From assembly GCA_964565425.1 (NCBI GenBank), contig CAZMEZ010000003.1:18991-82990 (forward strand): DNA of 64,000 nt, read 5' to 3'. This DNA comes from an uncultured Planctomycetia bacterium (GTDB lineage Bacteria > Omnitrophota > Gorgyraeia > Tantalellales > Tantalellaceae). The notes below the pieces were generated by a model. It worked only from the letters and a program-made list of their open reading frames with translations, ran no database searches and was not told the origin of the DNA. The translations under genes and the position numbers were made by a program. Numbering within the stretch: the first letter of the stretch is position 1; the number at the start of each line of letters is the position of its first letter. Positions 1 through 8,790 of the stretch are shown in pieces.

Positions 1-2
1 AT

Positions 3-155
3 TCGAATATTCCCGGAAAAGAGGTCATACAGCGCATAAAGGAAGAATTCAAGTCGGAGGAAGCGGCGCATCTTGCTTCGTTCATCGAGGACAGCAAGAG
101 AGGCATATGCAGGTACAGGTATAACAGGGAAGAGTATTTTGAGGAAGCGCAATAA
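3..155 (+). CDS. 3' end of an unidentified CDS (partial; ...SNIPGKEVIQRIKEEFKSEEAAHLASFIEDSKRGICRYRYNREEYFEEAQ*)
   Basis: Open frame 3 from the window edge to TAA at 153-155; no recognisable family. Confidence 0.3.
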   Translation, partial: SNIPGKEVIQRIKEEFKSEEAAHLASFIEDSKRGICRYRYNREEYFEEAQ

Positions 156-189
156 CTGAAAACCGGATCATGCAAAAAAGGAGGAGATA

Positions 190-540
190 ATGGCGAAGAA
201 AACGGGTCAAAAAGTGGACTTCAACAAATTGCTGAAGCAATACGAGCCGGCCATGAAAAAGGCGGGCGAACAGCTCTCTAAAGCCGTGAGGTCGGCTGAA
301 AAGGATATCGCCAAGATGTACAGGCTGGCAGAGACCCACGTGGAGATACAGATGGGTAACCTGAAGAAGGAAAAACTGTATTACGAGATAGGGAAAGACG
401 TCGCTTCCAGGATAGATAAAGGCGGCTTGACCGAGGTCGATCTTGATAAATACAGGAAGAGACTGGGCAAGATAGAATCCGAGGTCTCGAAAAAGAGGAA
501 ATCGTTGTCGAAAGCCGGGAAAACGGCGAAGAAAAAATAA
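190..540 (+). CDS. Lysine-rich coiled-coil hypothetical protein (116 aa, histone-H1-like K-rich C-tail)
   Basis: ORF with strong RBS AAAGGAGGAGATAatg; low-complexity K-rich C-terminus; no confident family assignment. Confidence 0.55.
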   Translation: MAKKTGQKVDFNKLLKQYEPAMKKAGEQLSKAVRSAEKDIAKMYRLAETHVEIQMGNLKKEKLYYEIGKDVASRIDKGGLTEVDLDKYRKRLGKIESEVSKKRKSLSKAGKTAKKK

Positions 541-566
541 AAACCCAAAAATCAAAGGGGTGCAGG

Positions 567-1619
567 ATGCTCAAAAAGATCATTATCGTTACGATCGCCA
601 TTATGATGGCGGGGATGCCGCAGGCGGTTCAAGCCGCGGACTTCTTCGGATTTAAAGGTTTCGAAAATCCCAAGGCGAGGGAATACAAGATCAAGCGGCT
701 GGTCTCTAAGCTATACGACAAGCGGACGGTCGTGGACGCCCAAAGGAACCTTACCAGCTACGGTAACGAGGTTACGCCGTATCTTTTGCCGGTTCTCGAG
801 GAAAGGGATAATGAAACGGCCAAGGTCGCGGCGCTTAACGTCATAGCCAATATCGGGGATGCTTCGGCGGAGGACGCGGTAGTGAAACTGCTCAGGGACA
901 GGGATGACAGGGTGAGGCAGCAAGCGGCGAGGACGCTTAGCGCCATGGGCGTGAAGAACGATTACGCGATCAAGGCGCTCAAGGAGCAGCTTGAAGACTA
1001 TAACCCGAATGTAAGGTATAACGCGATAAGAGCGCTCTCCAAGATGGCCCCCAAAGAGGATGCCAACCTGTTCATAGAGGCCCTTGGTGATTATGATTCC
1101 AGGATACGCATGTTCGCCGTGCTGGCGCTGGGAAGGCTCGAGGTAAGGGAAGCCGTGCCGTATTTGGCGCAGATGGTCCGTGATCCCGATCCCAACGTGC
1201 GCATGGCTGTCGTCATCGCGCTCTCGAAACTGGGGACGCAGGATTGTCTTGAACCGCTCGTTGCAATGATGAGGGATCCCGACCTGAACGTGAGGATGCT
1301 GGCGGTTGAAAAGATAGGCCACTCGACCCTGAGGGGAGCGGACGAGCCGCTCGTCCGCGTAGCCGGCAGCCGGGACCCGAGAGTGGCGAGCATGGCCCTG
1401 GTCGCGCTCAGCAACCGGAAAAGTCCCCTGGCCCTGGAAACGGCCAGGAAACATATCGATGACGAGCATCTGGACGTTAAGCTCACTTCCATTGAGGTCA
1501 TCGGCAAGATGGGCGACAGGAACGACCTGTCGCTTTTAAGGTCGCTCACGCAGGCGGAATCCAGCAAGGTCAGAAAAACGGCGAAGGAAGCTCTTGCGGA
1601 GGTAAAATCAAGGACATGA
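567..1619 (+). CDS. Secreted HEAT-repeat (PBS-lyase-like) protein
   Basis: N-terminal signal peptide (MLKKIIIVTIAIMMAGMPQAVQA); multiple ~30-aa repeats with D/N-P-x-V-R motifs (DPDPNVRMAVVIAL, DPDLNVRMLAV, NPNVRYNAIRAL) typical of HEAT/PBS-lyase repeats. Confidence 0.7.
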   Translation: MLKKIIIVTIAIMMAGMPQAVQAADFFGFKGFENPKAREYKIKRLVSKLYDKRTVVDAQRNLTSYGNEVTPYLLPVLEERDNETAKVAALNVIANIGDASAEDAVVKLLRDRDDRVRQQAARTLSAMGVKNDYAIKALKEQLEDYNPNVRYNAIRALSKMAPKEDANLFIEALGDYDSRIRMFAVLALGRLEVREAVPYLAQMVRDPDPNVRMAVVIALSKLGTQDCLEPLVAMMRDPDLNVRMLAVEKIGHSTLRGADEPLVRVAGSRDPRVASMALVALSNRKSPLALETARKHIDDEHLDVKLTSIEVIGKMGDRNDLSLLRSLTQAESSKVRKTAKEALAEVKSRT

Positions 1620-2743
1620 GCGCGGATGACGCTCATACGAGATCAAAAAGATACTCGGCGATAAAGACAGGGATCTTCGTGGCGGACCTTTTATTCTCAC
1701 TGGCCGCCCTCGTAGTTTTCCAGGCCTTCCTGTCACGTCCGGTTTCCGGGCTTGCCTTCGAAACTTACCGGAATTTTTACGCCGCGTGTTTTATCTACGC
1801 TTCTATTTTTCTCGCCTTCATGTATGCGGTATCTTTCCCGCTCAAGATCACCGGGTCGTTTTTTGTCGAACGCGCTTTCGGTCTTTCCAGGCAATCCTTT
1901 CTTGCGTGGCTCCGGGATGAGATGAAATCCATCCTGCTGTCGTTCCTGCTTTACATGTCCTGTATACAGGTCTTTTATCTGATCCTCAGGAACTTTCCCT
2001 CAACCTGGTGGCTTATTGCATCGGCCGGTTGGATCCTCTTTACGGTAGTGATGGCCAGGTTCCTGCCGATCTTGCTTATACCCCTCTTCTTTAAATATTC
2101 GCCGATACGGGACAGGGGGCTTAAGGAAAGGATAATGACGCTCGCGGAAAAGTCAGGAATAAAGCTGGTGGACGTCTGCCAGATAGATCTCAGCCGGAAG
2201 ACGGCGAAGGCCAACGCCGCTCTGGTCGGGCTTGGAGGGACCAGGAAAGTAATACTTGCCGACACATTGATCGAGAAGTTTGCTCCCGAAGAGATAGAAA
2301 GCGTTGTGGCGCACGAGTTCGCGCATTTCAAGTACCGGCATATATGGCAGCTTCTGTTTTTCTCCGCGGCTGTGACGCTGCTGGGATTTTTCGCGCTTTA
2401 TCGTGTTTCGGGAGCGATAGTATCCCTGACCGGTTCCGGGGGTTTGTCCGACCTTTACATTTTTCCCGCACTTATCCTTTCGGCGGCGGTCTTTGGCCTG
2501 GCGGTTTTACCCTTTCAGAACCTGTTTTCACGCGTTCTGGAACGGCAGTCCGACAGATTCGCTGTTGAGACCACGGGTTCTCCCCCGGCATTCATCGCGG
2601 TAATGAAAAAACTGGCTTCAATGAACCTGGCGGATACCGAACCGTCCGCGGTGAAAAAGATATTCCTGTACGATCATCCGCCCGTAGGAGAGAGGATACG
2701 GATGGGGGAGGAATACGAGAGAAGGATGAAGGTTGAAGGATAA
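1616..2743 (+). CDS. Integral-membrane M48-family Zn metalloprotease (Ste24/CAAX-protease-like)
   Basis: Multiple TM helices followed by the HExxH motif (VAHEFAHFKYRH) and a C-terminal soluble domain; ATGA overlap with the upstream HEAT-repeat gene. Confidence 0.7.
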   Translation: MSADDAHTRSKRYSAIKTGIFVADLLFSLAALVVFQAFLSRPVSGLAFETYRNFYAACFIYASIFLAFMYAVSFPLKITGSFFVERAFGLSRQSFLAWLRDEMKSILLSFLLYMSCIQVFYLILRNFPSTWWLIASAGWILFTVVMARFLPILLIPLFFKYSPIRDRGLKERIMTLAEKSGIKLVDVCQIDLSRKTAKANAALVGLGGTRKVILADTLIEKFAPEEIESVVAHEFAHFKYRHIWQLLFFSAAVTLLGFFALYRVSGAIVSLTGSGGLSDLYIFPALILSAAVFGLAVLPFQNLFSRVLERQSDRFAVETTGSPPAFIAVMKKLASMNLADTEPSAVKKIFLYDHPPVGERIRMGEEYERRMKVEG

Positions 2744-2745
2744 AG

Positions 2746-2836
2746 AAGTCACAAAGTCAAAAAGTCATAAAGTCGTAAGGCCTATGTTTATTTAAACGGT
2801 CCCTTTGTGACCTTGTGACTTTTGGACTTTATGACT
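2746..2836. repeat. Imperfect inverted repeat built from 8-nt words (GTCACAAA/GTCAAAAA/GTCATAAA ... TTTGTGAC/TTGTGACT/TTATGACT)
   Basis: Read directly from the sequence; sits between the M48 protease stop and the glycosylase start. Confidence 0.8.
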
Positions 2837-2866
2837 TATTCTAACTGGTTACTGCTAACTTTGGAC

Positions 2867-3532
2867 ATGGCGTCTAAACGGGAAAAGATAAAGAGGATCT
2901 ATGATCTCCTGAACGAACACTTCGGCGATCTCGGCTGGTGGCCGGCTGAATCTCCTTTCGAAGTAATAGTGGGCGCCGTGTTGACACAGAATACATCATG
3001 GGCGAACGTGGAGAAGGCCATAAAACGGCTCAAGGATGAAGGCTTGATGAGGCCTTCAAAAATGGCGGAAGCGGATACCGGCGTCTTGTCCCGCGCCATT
3101 CGGCCCGCGGGATATTTCCGGGTCAAGGCGCGCCGCCTTAAAGAGATGAGCCGTTTCATAATGAAAGAGTGCGGAGGAAAACTTGACAGGCTGGGGCGTG
3201 AAGACATATTATGTCTGAGGGAAAGGCTTCTCGGTGTAAATGGGGTGGGCCCCGAAACGGCGGATTCAATACTGGTCTACGCGCTGGGGAAACCTGTTTT
3301 CGTGGTCGATGCATACACGAAACGGGTCTTTTCCCGACACGGCATCACCGGGGAGGACGCGAGCTACGCGGATATCCAACGCATGGTGCATGATAATGTC
3401 CCGCTTAAAGTAAGAACGATGAACCAGTTCCATGCGCTCTTGGTGGAGACCGGCAAAAGGTATTGCAGGAAGAGATCGCCCAAATGCGGGGAATGCCCGC
3501 TCGGCGGCCTTAAGAGAAATAATTGCTTATAG
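2867..3532 (+). CDS. HhH-GPD superfamily base-excision DNA glycosylase (endonuclease III-like, C-terminal 4Cys Fe-S cluster)
   Basis: Helix-hairpin-helix plus Gly/Pro-rich loop with Asp (LLGVNGVGPETADSILVYALGKPVFVVDAYTKRV); C-terminal C-x6-C-x2-C-x9-C. The track ORF starts at a TTG at 2822 inside the upstream hairpin repeat, so in-frame ATG 2867 (MASKREK) is preferred. Confidence 0.7.
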   Translation: MASKREKIKRIYDLLNEHFGDLGWWPAESPFEVIVGAVLTQNTSWANVEKAIKRLKDEGLMRPSKMAEADTGVLSRAIRPAGYFRVKARRLKEMSRFIMKECGGKLDRLGREDILCLRERLLGVNGVGPETADSILVYALGKPVFVVDAYTKRVFSRHGITGEDASYADIQRMVHDNVPLKVRTMNQFHALLVETGKRYCRKRSPKCGECPLGGLKRNNCL

Positions 3533-3574
3533 CTTAAAGCTTACGGCTTAAAGCTGAAAAAAAGGGGGTGAAAC

Positions 3575-3865
3575 ATGATCTTTGGATTTTTCAGGAAGAA
3601 AAAGGAGCCGGAGGAAGGGGACCGTATCGGGAATGTAGTCCACTATTTTCCACATGTAAAAGCTGCCGTGATAGTTGTCGACAAGGGCAGTCTTGTCATC
3701 GGCGACCAGATACGGATCAAGGGACATACCACGGATTTTCAGCAGAAGATCGAGTCGATGCAGATAGAGCATGAATCCGTAGAAAAGGTCTCGAAGGGGC
3801 AGGAAGTGGCCATAAAGGTAAAAAAGAAAGCAAGAAAAACCGATAAGGTGTATCTTGTGAAATGA
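3575..3865 (+). CDS. Small translation-protein beta-barrel (EF-Tu domain-2-like) hypothetical protein
   Basis: 96 aa; pattern GxVxHYFPHVKAAVIVVDKGSLVIGDQIRIKG...QxIxSMQIEHESVEKVSKGQEVAIKV resembles the EF-Tu/IF2 domain II barrel; ATGA overlap with suhB. Confidence 0.45.
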   Translation: MIFGFFRKKKEPEEGDRIGNVVHYFPHVKAAVIVVDKGSLVIGDQIRIKGHTTDFQQKIESMQIEHESVEKVSKGQEVAIKVKKKARKTDKVYLVK

Positions 3866-4689
3866 GGTCGATGGAAGATATTCCGAGAATAAAGGAAGTA
3901 GCGGAGCAAATCGCCCGTGAGGCCGGGGATTACGTCCTGGGGCGCATGGGGCATCTCGAGGAGGTTGCCCGCAAAAGCGGCATGCATGACCTGGTGACGG
4001 ACGTGGACAAGACGTCCGAAAAGATGATCATAGACAGGATAAACCGGGAATTTCCCTCCCACTCGGTGCTGGCGGAGGAAAGCGGCGGACAGGCGCCGGG
4101 GGGAGTCATTAGCTGGATAGTCGACCCGCTTGACGGCACGACAAATTACACCCATTCATACCCCGTGTTTTGCGTTTCAATAGGGGTGCTTATCGACGGT
4201 CTCGTAAGGGTAGGCGTGATATATGATCCCTCGAGGGGAGAGACCTTCATCGCGGAAGAAGGGAAGGGCGCGCACCTCAACGGGCAAAAGATAAAAGTCG
4301 CCCCCTGTGGCGTTCTTTCCGACTCGCTTCTCGCGACAGGTTTCGCGTATGACCTCGAATGCAAGATAGCGAACCTTGAATATTTCAGGGTCATGCTTGA
4401 GAGCGCCCAGGCGGTTCGGCGCGCAGGGTCAGCGGCTCTGGACCTTTGTTACGTGGCCTGCGGAAGGTTTGACGGTTTCTGGGAGATGTGCCTGAACCCG
4501 TGGGATACCGCAGCCGGGCAACTCATGGTCCGGGAAGCGGGCGGAAGAGTGACCGGGCTTGACGGCGGTCCTTTCGATATCTTCAATAAAGGTATGATCG
4601 TTGCCACGAATGGAAATATTCATGACGAATTACTCGGTCGCTTAAATATCCGGCGATCCGAAGATAACCAAAAATACCCAACCGGATAA
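3862..4689 (+). CDS. suhB: Inositol monophosphatase family protein (SuhB-like)
   Basis: Canonical IMPase motifs WIVDPLDGTTNYTHSYPVFCVSIG and AGSAALDLCYVACGRFDGFWEMCLNPWDTAAG. Confidence 0.85.
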   Translation: MRSMEDIPRIKEVAEQIAREAGDYVLGRMGHLEEVARKSGMHDLVTDVDKTSEKMIIDRINREFPSHSVLAEESGGQAPGGVISWIVDPLDGTTNYTHSYPVFCVSIGVLIDGLVRVGVIYDPSRGETFIAEEGKGAHLNGQKIKVAPCGVLSDSLLATGFAYDLECKIANLEYFRVMLESAQAVRRAGSAALDLCYVACGRFDGFWEMCLNPWDTAAGQLMVREAGGRVTGLDGGPFDIFNKGMIVATNGNIHDELLGRLNIRRSEDNQKYPTG

Positions 4690-4812
4690 CCGCAATTAAA
4701 CGGCAACACCCCGCAAGTTAGTATATCAAAAGCCAGAAAATCACTTCAAAGCTTATTCAACTCAGCAGGAAAGACCACTTTTATACAAAAAATTAGTATT
4801 TAAAAAAGTTAG

Positions 4813-4841
4813 TTGACATTAGGCTTTATAGTGTGTAAAAT
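4813..4841 (+). promoter_or_regulatory. Near-consensus sigma70 promoter (TTGACA-17-TAAAAT)
   Basis: In the AT-rich spacer ~50 nt upstream of ORF 4892. Confidence 0.5.
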
Positions 4842-4891
4842 TGTAAATGTATTAAAAGCAAGATGAAATTACACAGCATGGGGGTTTAGGG

Positions 4892-5263
4892 ATGAAATAC
4901 AGGACCATTATCGAGTTGATCTGTGAGGCGTCCGACAAGGATGAGGCCTTCAATATCGCCGGAGAGTACCTGAAAGGCGAGGTGGATTTCGGCGTTGAAA
5001 TGGGCTGCAAAACGGCTTCATTGTGGGCACACCGGGCAAAGAAGTGCGTCGCTTACACCATAGCGGTCTTTTTCGTATTCTCCGCATTGATCGTAAGGGT
5101 AACACCGCTGGGAGGGGACGAGAAGATACGCGATTCGGTGCGTCCGGGGATCGGGAACACGTACACCATAATGCCCGAATTGAAGACCAAACACCGGTCG
5201 GATTTCCGGAAGGACTGGGAGAAGAAAAAACAGGAAGCGATCCTTGAATTTCTGAAGCATTAA
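4892..5263 (+). CDS. Hypothetical small membrane protein
   Basis: 123 aa with one central TM helix; near-consensus promoter upstream and hairpin terminator downstream. Confidence 0.45.
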   Translation: MKYRTIIELICEASDKDEAFNIAGEYLKGEVDFGVEMGCKTASLWAHRAKKCVAYTIAVFFVFSALIVRVTPLGGDEKIRDSVRPGIGNTYTIMPELKTKHRSDFRKDWEKKKQEAILEFLKH

Positions 5264-5293
5264 GATCTGACAAGATCCGGGTAGGGGATAAAA

Positions 5294-5328
5294 GGGGAGA
5301 GGCCGATAAGGTTTCTCCCCTTTATTTT
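5294..5328 (+). terminator. Intrinsic terminator after ORF 4892-5263
   Basis: GGGGAGA...UCUCCCC stem followed by UUUAUUUU. Confidence 0.6.
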
Positions 5329-5445
5329 GGGCCCAAGCGGCAGATAGAGTTGTCAATTACTAATATATTATGTATACTATCAACAGGTTATACAGTTAGG
5401 GGAAGTTCGGTATTTTCGTGGCATATTATATTTAAGGTTGGGTCC

Positions 5446-5874
5446 GTGGAAGAGAAAAGCGAAAAAAAACACAGGATACTCGTCGTTGATGATCAGGTCG
5501 GCATCGTGTCCTTTTTGTATGATTTCTTCATGATAAAAGGGTACGACGTGCTTCAGGCGACTAGCGCTAAAAAGGCGATCGGTCTTGTCGATAAAGAGAG
5601 ACCGGAGCTGGTACTGCTTGATATCAGGCTCGGTTGGGGCAAGAACGGCATAGAGACACTGAAGGATATAAAAGAGATAGCACCCGCCACGCGCGTAATA
5701 ATGATGACAAGCGTAGCCGACGAGGACGTGATAGAGGAAGCTTTCAGCCTTGGGGCCGATGATTACATAATAAAACCCTTCAGCCTAAAATATCTCGAGA
5801 AAGTCGTAATGCTGAAGGTCCTTAACCTGGAGATCGAACGGCTTGGAGAAGGCAAAGGTGAAGGTTCACAGTAA
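5446..5874 (+). CDS. Stand-alone response-regulator receiver domain (CheY-like)
   Basis: HRILVVDDQ...LLDIRLGWGKNGIETL...IMMTSVADEDVIEEAFSLGADDYIIKPFSL shows the phospho-acceptor Asp and receiver fold; start placed at in-frame GTG 5446 (uncertain). Confidence 0.65.
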   Translation: MEEKSEKKHRILVVDDQVGIVSFLYDFFMIKGYDVLQATSAKKAIGLVDKERPELVLLDIRLGWGKNGIETLKDIKEIAPATRVIMMTSVADEDVIEEAFSLGADDYIIKPFSLKYLEKVVMLKVLNLEIERLGEGKGEGSQ

Positions 5875-5875
5875 G

Positions 5876-6367
5876 ATGGTGTTCAAGGGACGCCTTCTCA
5901 AGGTATTCAAATCACGAAAGACCCTGCCTAACGGAAGAAAAGCCGACATCGAAGAGGTCGAACATCCGGGAGCCGCGCTTATCATTCCCTTTTTAAGAGG
6001 AAAGATCGTCTTCATACGACAGTACCGCCCGGTAATCGGCAAGTATATCTGGGAGTTGCCTGCGGGAACGCTTGATGAGGGGGAAACCCCGTACGCTTGC
6101 GCGAAGAGGGAAGTCGTCGAGGAAACGGGTTACGGGGTCAGGAATCTGCGAAAGCTGGGATATATATACACGACACCGGGTTTTTGCAACGAAAAGATAC
6201 ACATATTCAGGGCTGATTGCGAGACGAAAAATTCGACGAACCGGGAATGTGACGAGATAATGGATGTGGCGGTCCTGGATAGGCGGAGGATAAGGCAACT
6301 TTTCGCGTCCGGCAAGATAAACGATTCAAAGACGATCGCCGCGCTTAGTTTTGCGGGCATTATATAA
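5876..6367 (+). CDS. NUDIX hydrolase (ADP-ribose pyrophosphatase-like)
   Basis: Nudix box GTLDEGETPYACAKREVVEETGY; ATG 2 nt after the receiver gene stop. Confidence 0.8.
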   Translation: MVFKGRLLKVFKSRKTLPNGRKADIEEVEHPGAALIIPFLRGKIVFIRQYRPVIGKYIWELPAGTLDEGETPYACAKREVVEETGYGVRNLRKLGYIYTTPGFCNEKIHIFRADCETKNSTNRECDEIMDVAVLDRRRIRQLFASGKINDSKTIAALSFAGII

Positions 6368-6456
6368 GCACATGCACGCTATGCCGGTATCCTAATTTGC
6401 TTGACATTCGTATTTATATCGGATATACTTCAGGGCAAAGGTCAAAGGGGGTGGAA

Positions 6457-6774
6457 ATGAAACGATTTTTAATATTCTTATTTATATTCGCGTTGTTGTT
6501 TAATGTGAACGCTTTTGCATCGACGAACAAACCGCTTAAAAACCTCGGGCAAGGGCTTGATGACATGTTCTACGGAAGCGTTGAGGTCCCCGACAGCATA
6601 GATGAAACAGGCACCAAAGGTTCCCCCGCTTATGCTAGCTGTACCGGGAAGACCAATGACGATATGGGCAGAGGGATAGCCAGGTTCGTAGGAGGCCTCT
6701 GGCGCGTAGCCACTTTCTGGTATCCGGAAGAAGACGCTTCCGCGTCGGTTCCGGTGTCCAGATCGGCCAAGTAA
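6457..6774 (+). CDS. Small secreted hypothetical protein
   Basis: RBS AAAGGGGGTGG before ATG 6457; signal peptide MKRFLIFLFIFALLFNVNAFA; followed by a strong intrinsic terminator. Confidence 0.5.
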   Translation: MKRFLIFLFIFALLFNVNAFASTNKPLKNLGQGLDDMFYGSVEVPDSIDETGTKGSPAYASCTGKTNDDMGRGIARFVGGLWRVATFWYPEEDASASVPVSRSAK

Positions 6775-6796
6775 GAGCGCTTTTAACTCTCAAAAA

Positions 6797-6829
6797 ACCC
6801 CGTTCAATAAAACTGAACGGGGTTTTTTT
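6797..6829. terminator. Bidirectional intrinsic terminator
   Basis: AAAAAA-CCCCGUUCA-AUAAAAC-UGAACGGGG-UUUUUUU between convergent genes. Confidence 0.85.
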
Positions 6830-6898
6830 GTTTAATGATTTGGTTATTGATTGGTTCGGCGGTTAGTGAGGACATTCTAAATAACCAGGAACCAGTAA

Positions 6899-7441
6899 TC
6901 AATAACTATTCCAACTCAGCACTTCGCTCCTGTCCTTGAGGGTCTTTTCCTGCGGGTCTTTTCCCCCCGGATACCCCATGGCGATAACGAGCTCGATCTT
7001 TTTGCCTCGCGGGACGGAGAGTATCTTACGCAACCTGTTTTCGCCGAACCATCCCAGTATACAGGTGCCGATTCCGAGTTCCTCGGCCCTCAGGACGAGA
7101 TGGGCGCAGGCGATACCTATGTCGATCTTCCGAAAGTCGGTTTTCCGGAGTTTGCCGCCCGCCCAGGCGGGGAACTTCATGTTTTCCGCGATCACTATGA
7201 TGAAAGCGGCGGCACCGAGCGCGAACGAATTCATTCTATATGTCCCGGAAAGAAAGCCTTCCGACAGTTCTTTTTTTTGTTCGGGGCCATCGACGATGAT
7301 GAATTTCCATGGCTGGGAATTGCAGGCGGAAGGGGCGTAAAGCGCGGCTTCTACGCATGACTCGAGGTCTTTACGGCTTATCGTCCGCTCGTCGTAAAAG
7401 CGGATGCTCCTTCTTTTTTTCGCGAGGTCCAGCAGCGACAT
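6899..7441 (-). CDS. Nitroreductase family protein
   Basis: N-terminal RRSIRFYDERTISRKDLESCVEAALYAPSACNSQPWKFIIVD is typical of FMN nitroreductases. Confidence 0.8.
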   Translation of the reverse strand: MSLLDLAKKRRSIRFYDERTISRKDLESCVEAALYAPSACNSQPWKFIIVDGPEQKKELSEGFLSGTYRMNSFALGAAAFIIVIAENMKFPAWAGGKLRKTDFRKIDIGIACAHLVLRAEELGIGTCILGWFGENRLRKILSVPRGKKIELVIAMGYPGGKDPQEKTLKDRSEVLSWNSY

Positions 7442-7492
7442 GACGTTCTCCTGTGCTTGTTAACATCGGTCGATTCGATTATAATATAACAC

Positions 7493-8365
7493 ATGAAAGA
7501 CACCCGCGCTATAAGCATTTCTCTTATACTTCTTCTTATCGGGTTGCAAGGCTGCGCGAATACCGGCACAGTGAAACGGATGCGTCCCTCCGCCGGTATC
7601 TCGGAAGAAAAAGCCGTGAAAGAGATATCCGCAAAGGGCCGTTTTCACAGGAACAAGAGGCTGGTTTACCTGATAGCGTGGAACAACATCCCGGTCGGAC
7701 GTATAATTACCGAGGTCGGCGACGTAGAGAGATACGGCGAGTATGACGTTTTCGTTATCAGGTTGGTGACCGAATCGAATAAATTTCTGTCCAAAATATA
7801 CCGGGTCGAGGACACCTATACATCTTACGTGGACGCTGACGCCATCACGAGCAGGCGCTACGAAGCGGACAGGAAAGAGGGGAACTACAGAAAACATGTT
7901 ATAGTTGAGTACGACTTTGGCAAGCAGGAGGCGACGTACACCAATCTGACGGACGGGTCGGTAAAAAAATGCGTGATCAAAAAAGACGTCCAGGACCCGT
8001 TGAGCGCTATGTGCTATTTCATGACCCTGCCCATAAGGATCGGAGAGAAACTGGGCTTAACGATCAATCTGAACGAGAAGAATTACGATCTCTTCGCCAG
8101 GGTGGAGGATATAGAAGTTGTAACATTGGCGGGTATCGGGACTTTTCCGGCGTTCAGGATACGGCCGTACGCGGAATTGAAAGGCGCGCGCGTAAAAAAA
8201 GGAAGAGGGTGGATGTATTTTTCGGCGGATGCGGACCGGTATCCCCTGTACGGGGTGGTCCGCATACCTTTCGGCCGGGTTACCGCCACGTTGAGGTCGA
8301 TAGAAGATATTCAAGGCGCAAGGCGGTGTCCGTCATCAGATAGGCGCAAGGCTCAAGGAGAGTGA
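7493..8365 (+). CDS. Lipoprotein, DUF3108-like
   Basis: Lipobox LLIGLQGC after a signal peptide; the last ~17 codons lie inside a dispersed repeat element, so the true C-terminus/stop is uncertain. Confidence 0.55.
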   Translation: MKDTRAISISLILLLIGLQGCANTGTVKRMRPSAGISEEKAVKEISAKGRFHRNKRLVYLIAWNNIPVGRIITEVGDVERYGEYDVFVIRLVTESNKFLSKIYRVEDTYTSYVDADAITSRRYEADRKEGNYRKHVIVEYDFGKQEATYTNLTDGSVKKCVIKKDVQDPLSAMCYFMTLPIRIGEKLGLTINLNEKNYDLFARVEDIEVVTLAGIGTFPAFRIRPYAELKGARVKKGRGWMYFSADADRYPLYGVVRIPFGRVTATLRSIEDIQGARRCPSSDRRKAQGE

Positions 8366-8790
8366 TAACTAATACGTAATAGGTTAAGGCTAGAGGCTCG
8401 AGGCGAGAGGCTAGAGGACGGGGGAAGCAATTTCGATGTTGGTAAGTGCGTAAGTTACCAGTTACCAGAAACCAGTTGCCGGAAGAGTGGTTCGAGGTTC
8501 GCGGAGTGTTCGCATAGCGCATAGCGTGCGGGGCGGTTTCTTCTGTCATTGCGAGGATGCCCTGAAAGGGCAGACGCGGCAATCCCTGATTTCAGCTGTA
8601 CGCTGTAAGTTTTAAGCTATAAGATCGTTATAACCCTTTCCAGCTTTAGCGGGCATCTTAAAGCTGATTTTGAATTTTTAATTATATTTTTAAATTTTAT
8701 CTTTTAACTTTTAAATTTTAACCGGCGTCCCGACCGCCCTGGTAACTGGTAACTGCTAACTTACCCAAAACCCACAGGGCACGGAATAAA
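8313..8790. repeat. Composite intergenic repeat element made of drifting 7-nt words (copy A)
   Basis: Shares the modules GCGCAAGGCGGTGTCnGTCATCAGA, TAATACGTAATA, GAGTGTTCGCATAGCGCAT and AGCTTAAAGCT with the element at 41186-41447. Also contains TAACTGGTAACTGCTAAC, which is shared with 2841-2860. Confidence 0.75.

Noticed and set aside
2822-2866. TTG/ATG starts for the glycosylase gene inside the upstream hairpin
   Set aside because: The N-terminal extension would be encoded by the inverted-repeat element; in-frame ATG 2867 gives a typical HhH-GPD protein length.
8366-8790. Protein-coding potential in the 425-nt gap before the M48 peptidase
   Set aside because: Only short overlapping ORFs (8280-8582, 85-100 aa) made of low-complexity repeat-derived sequence; the region is composed of stutter modules.
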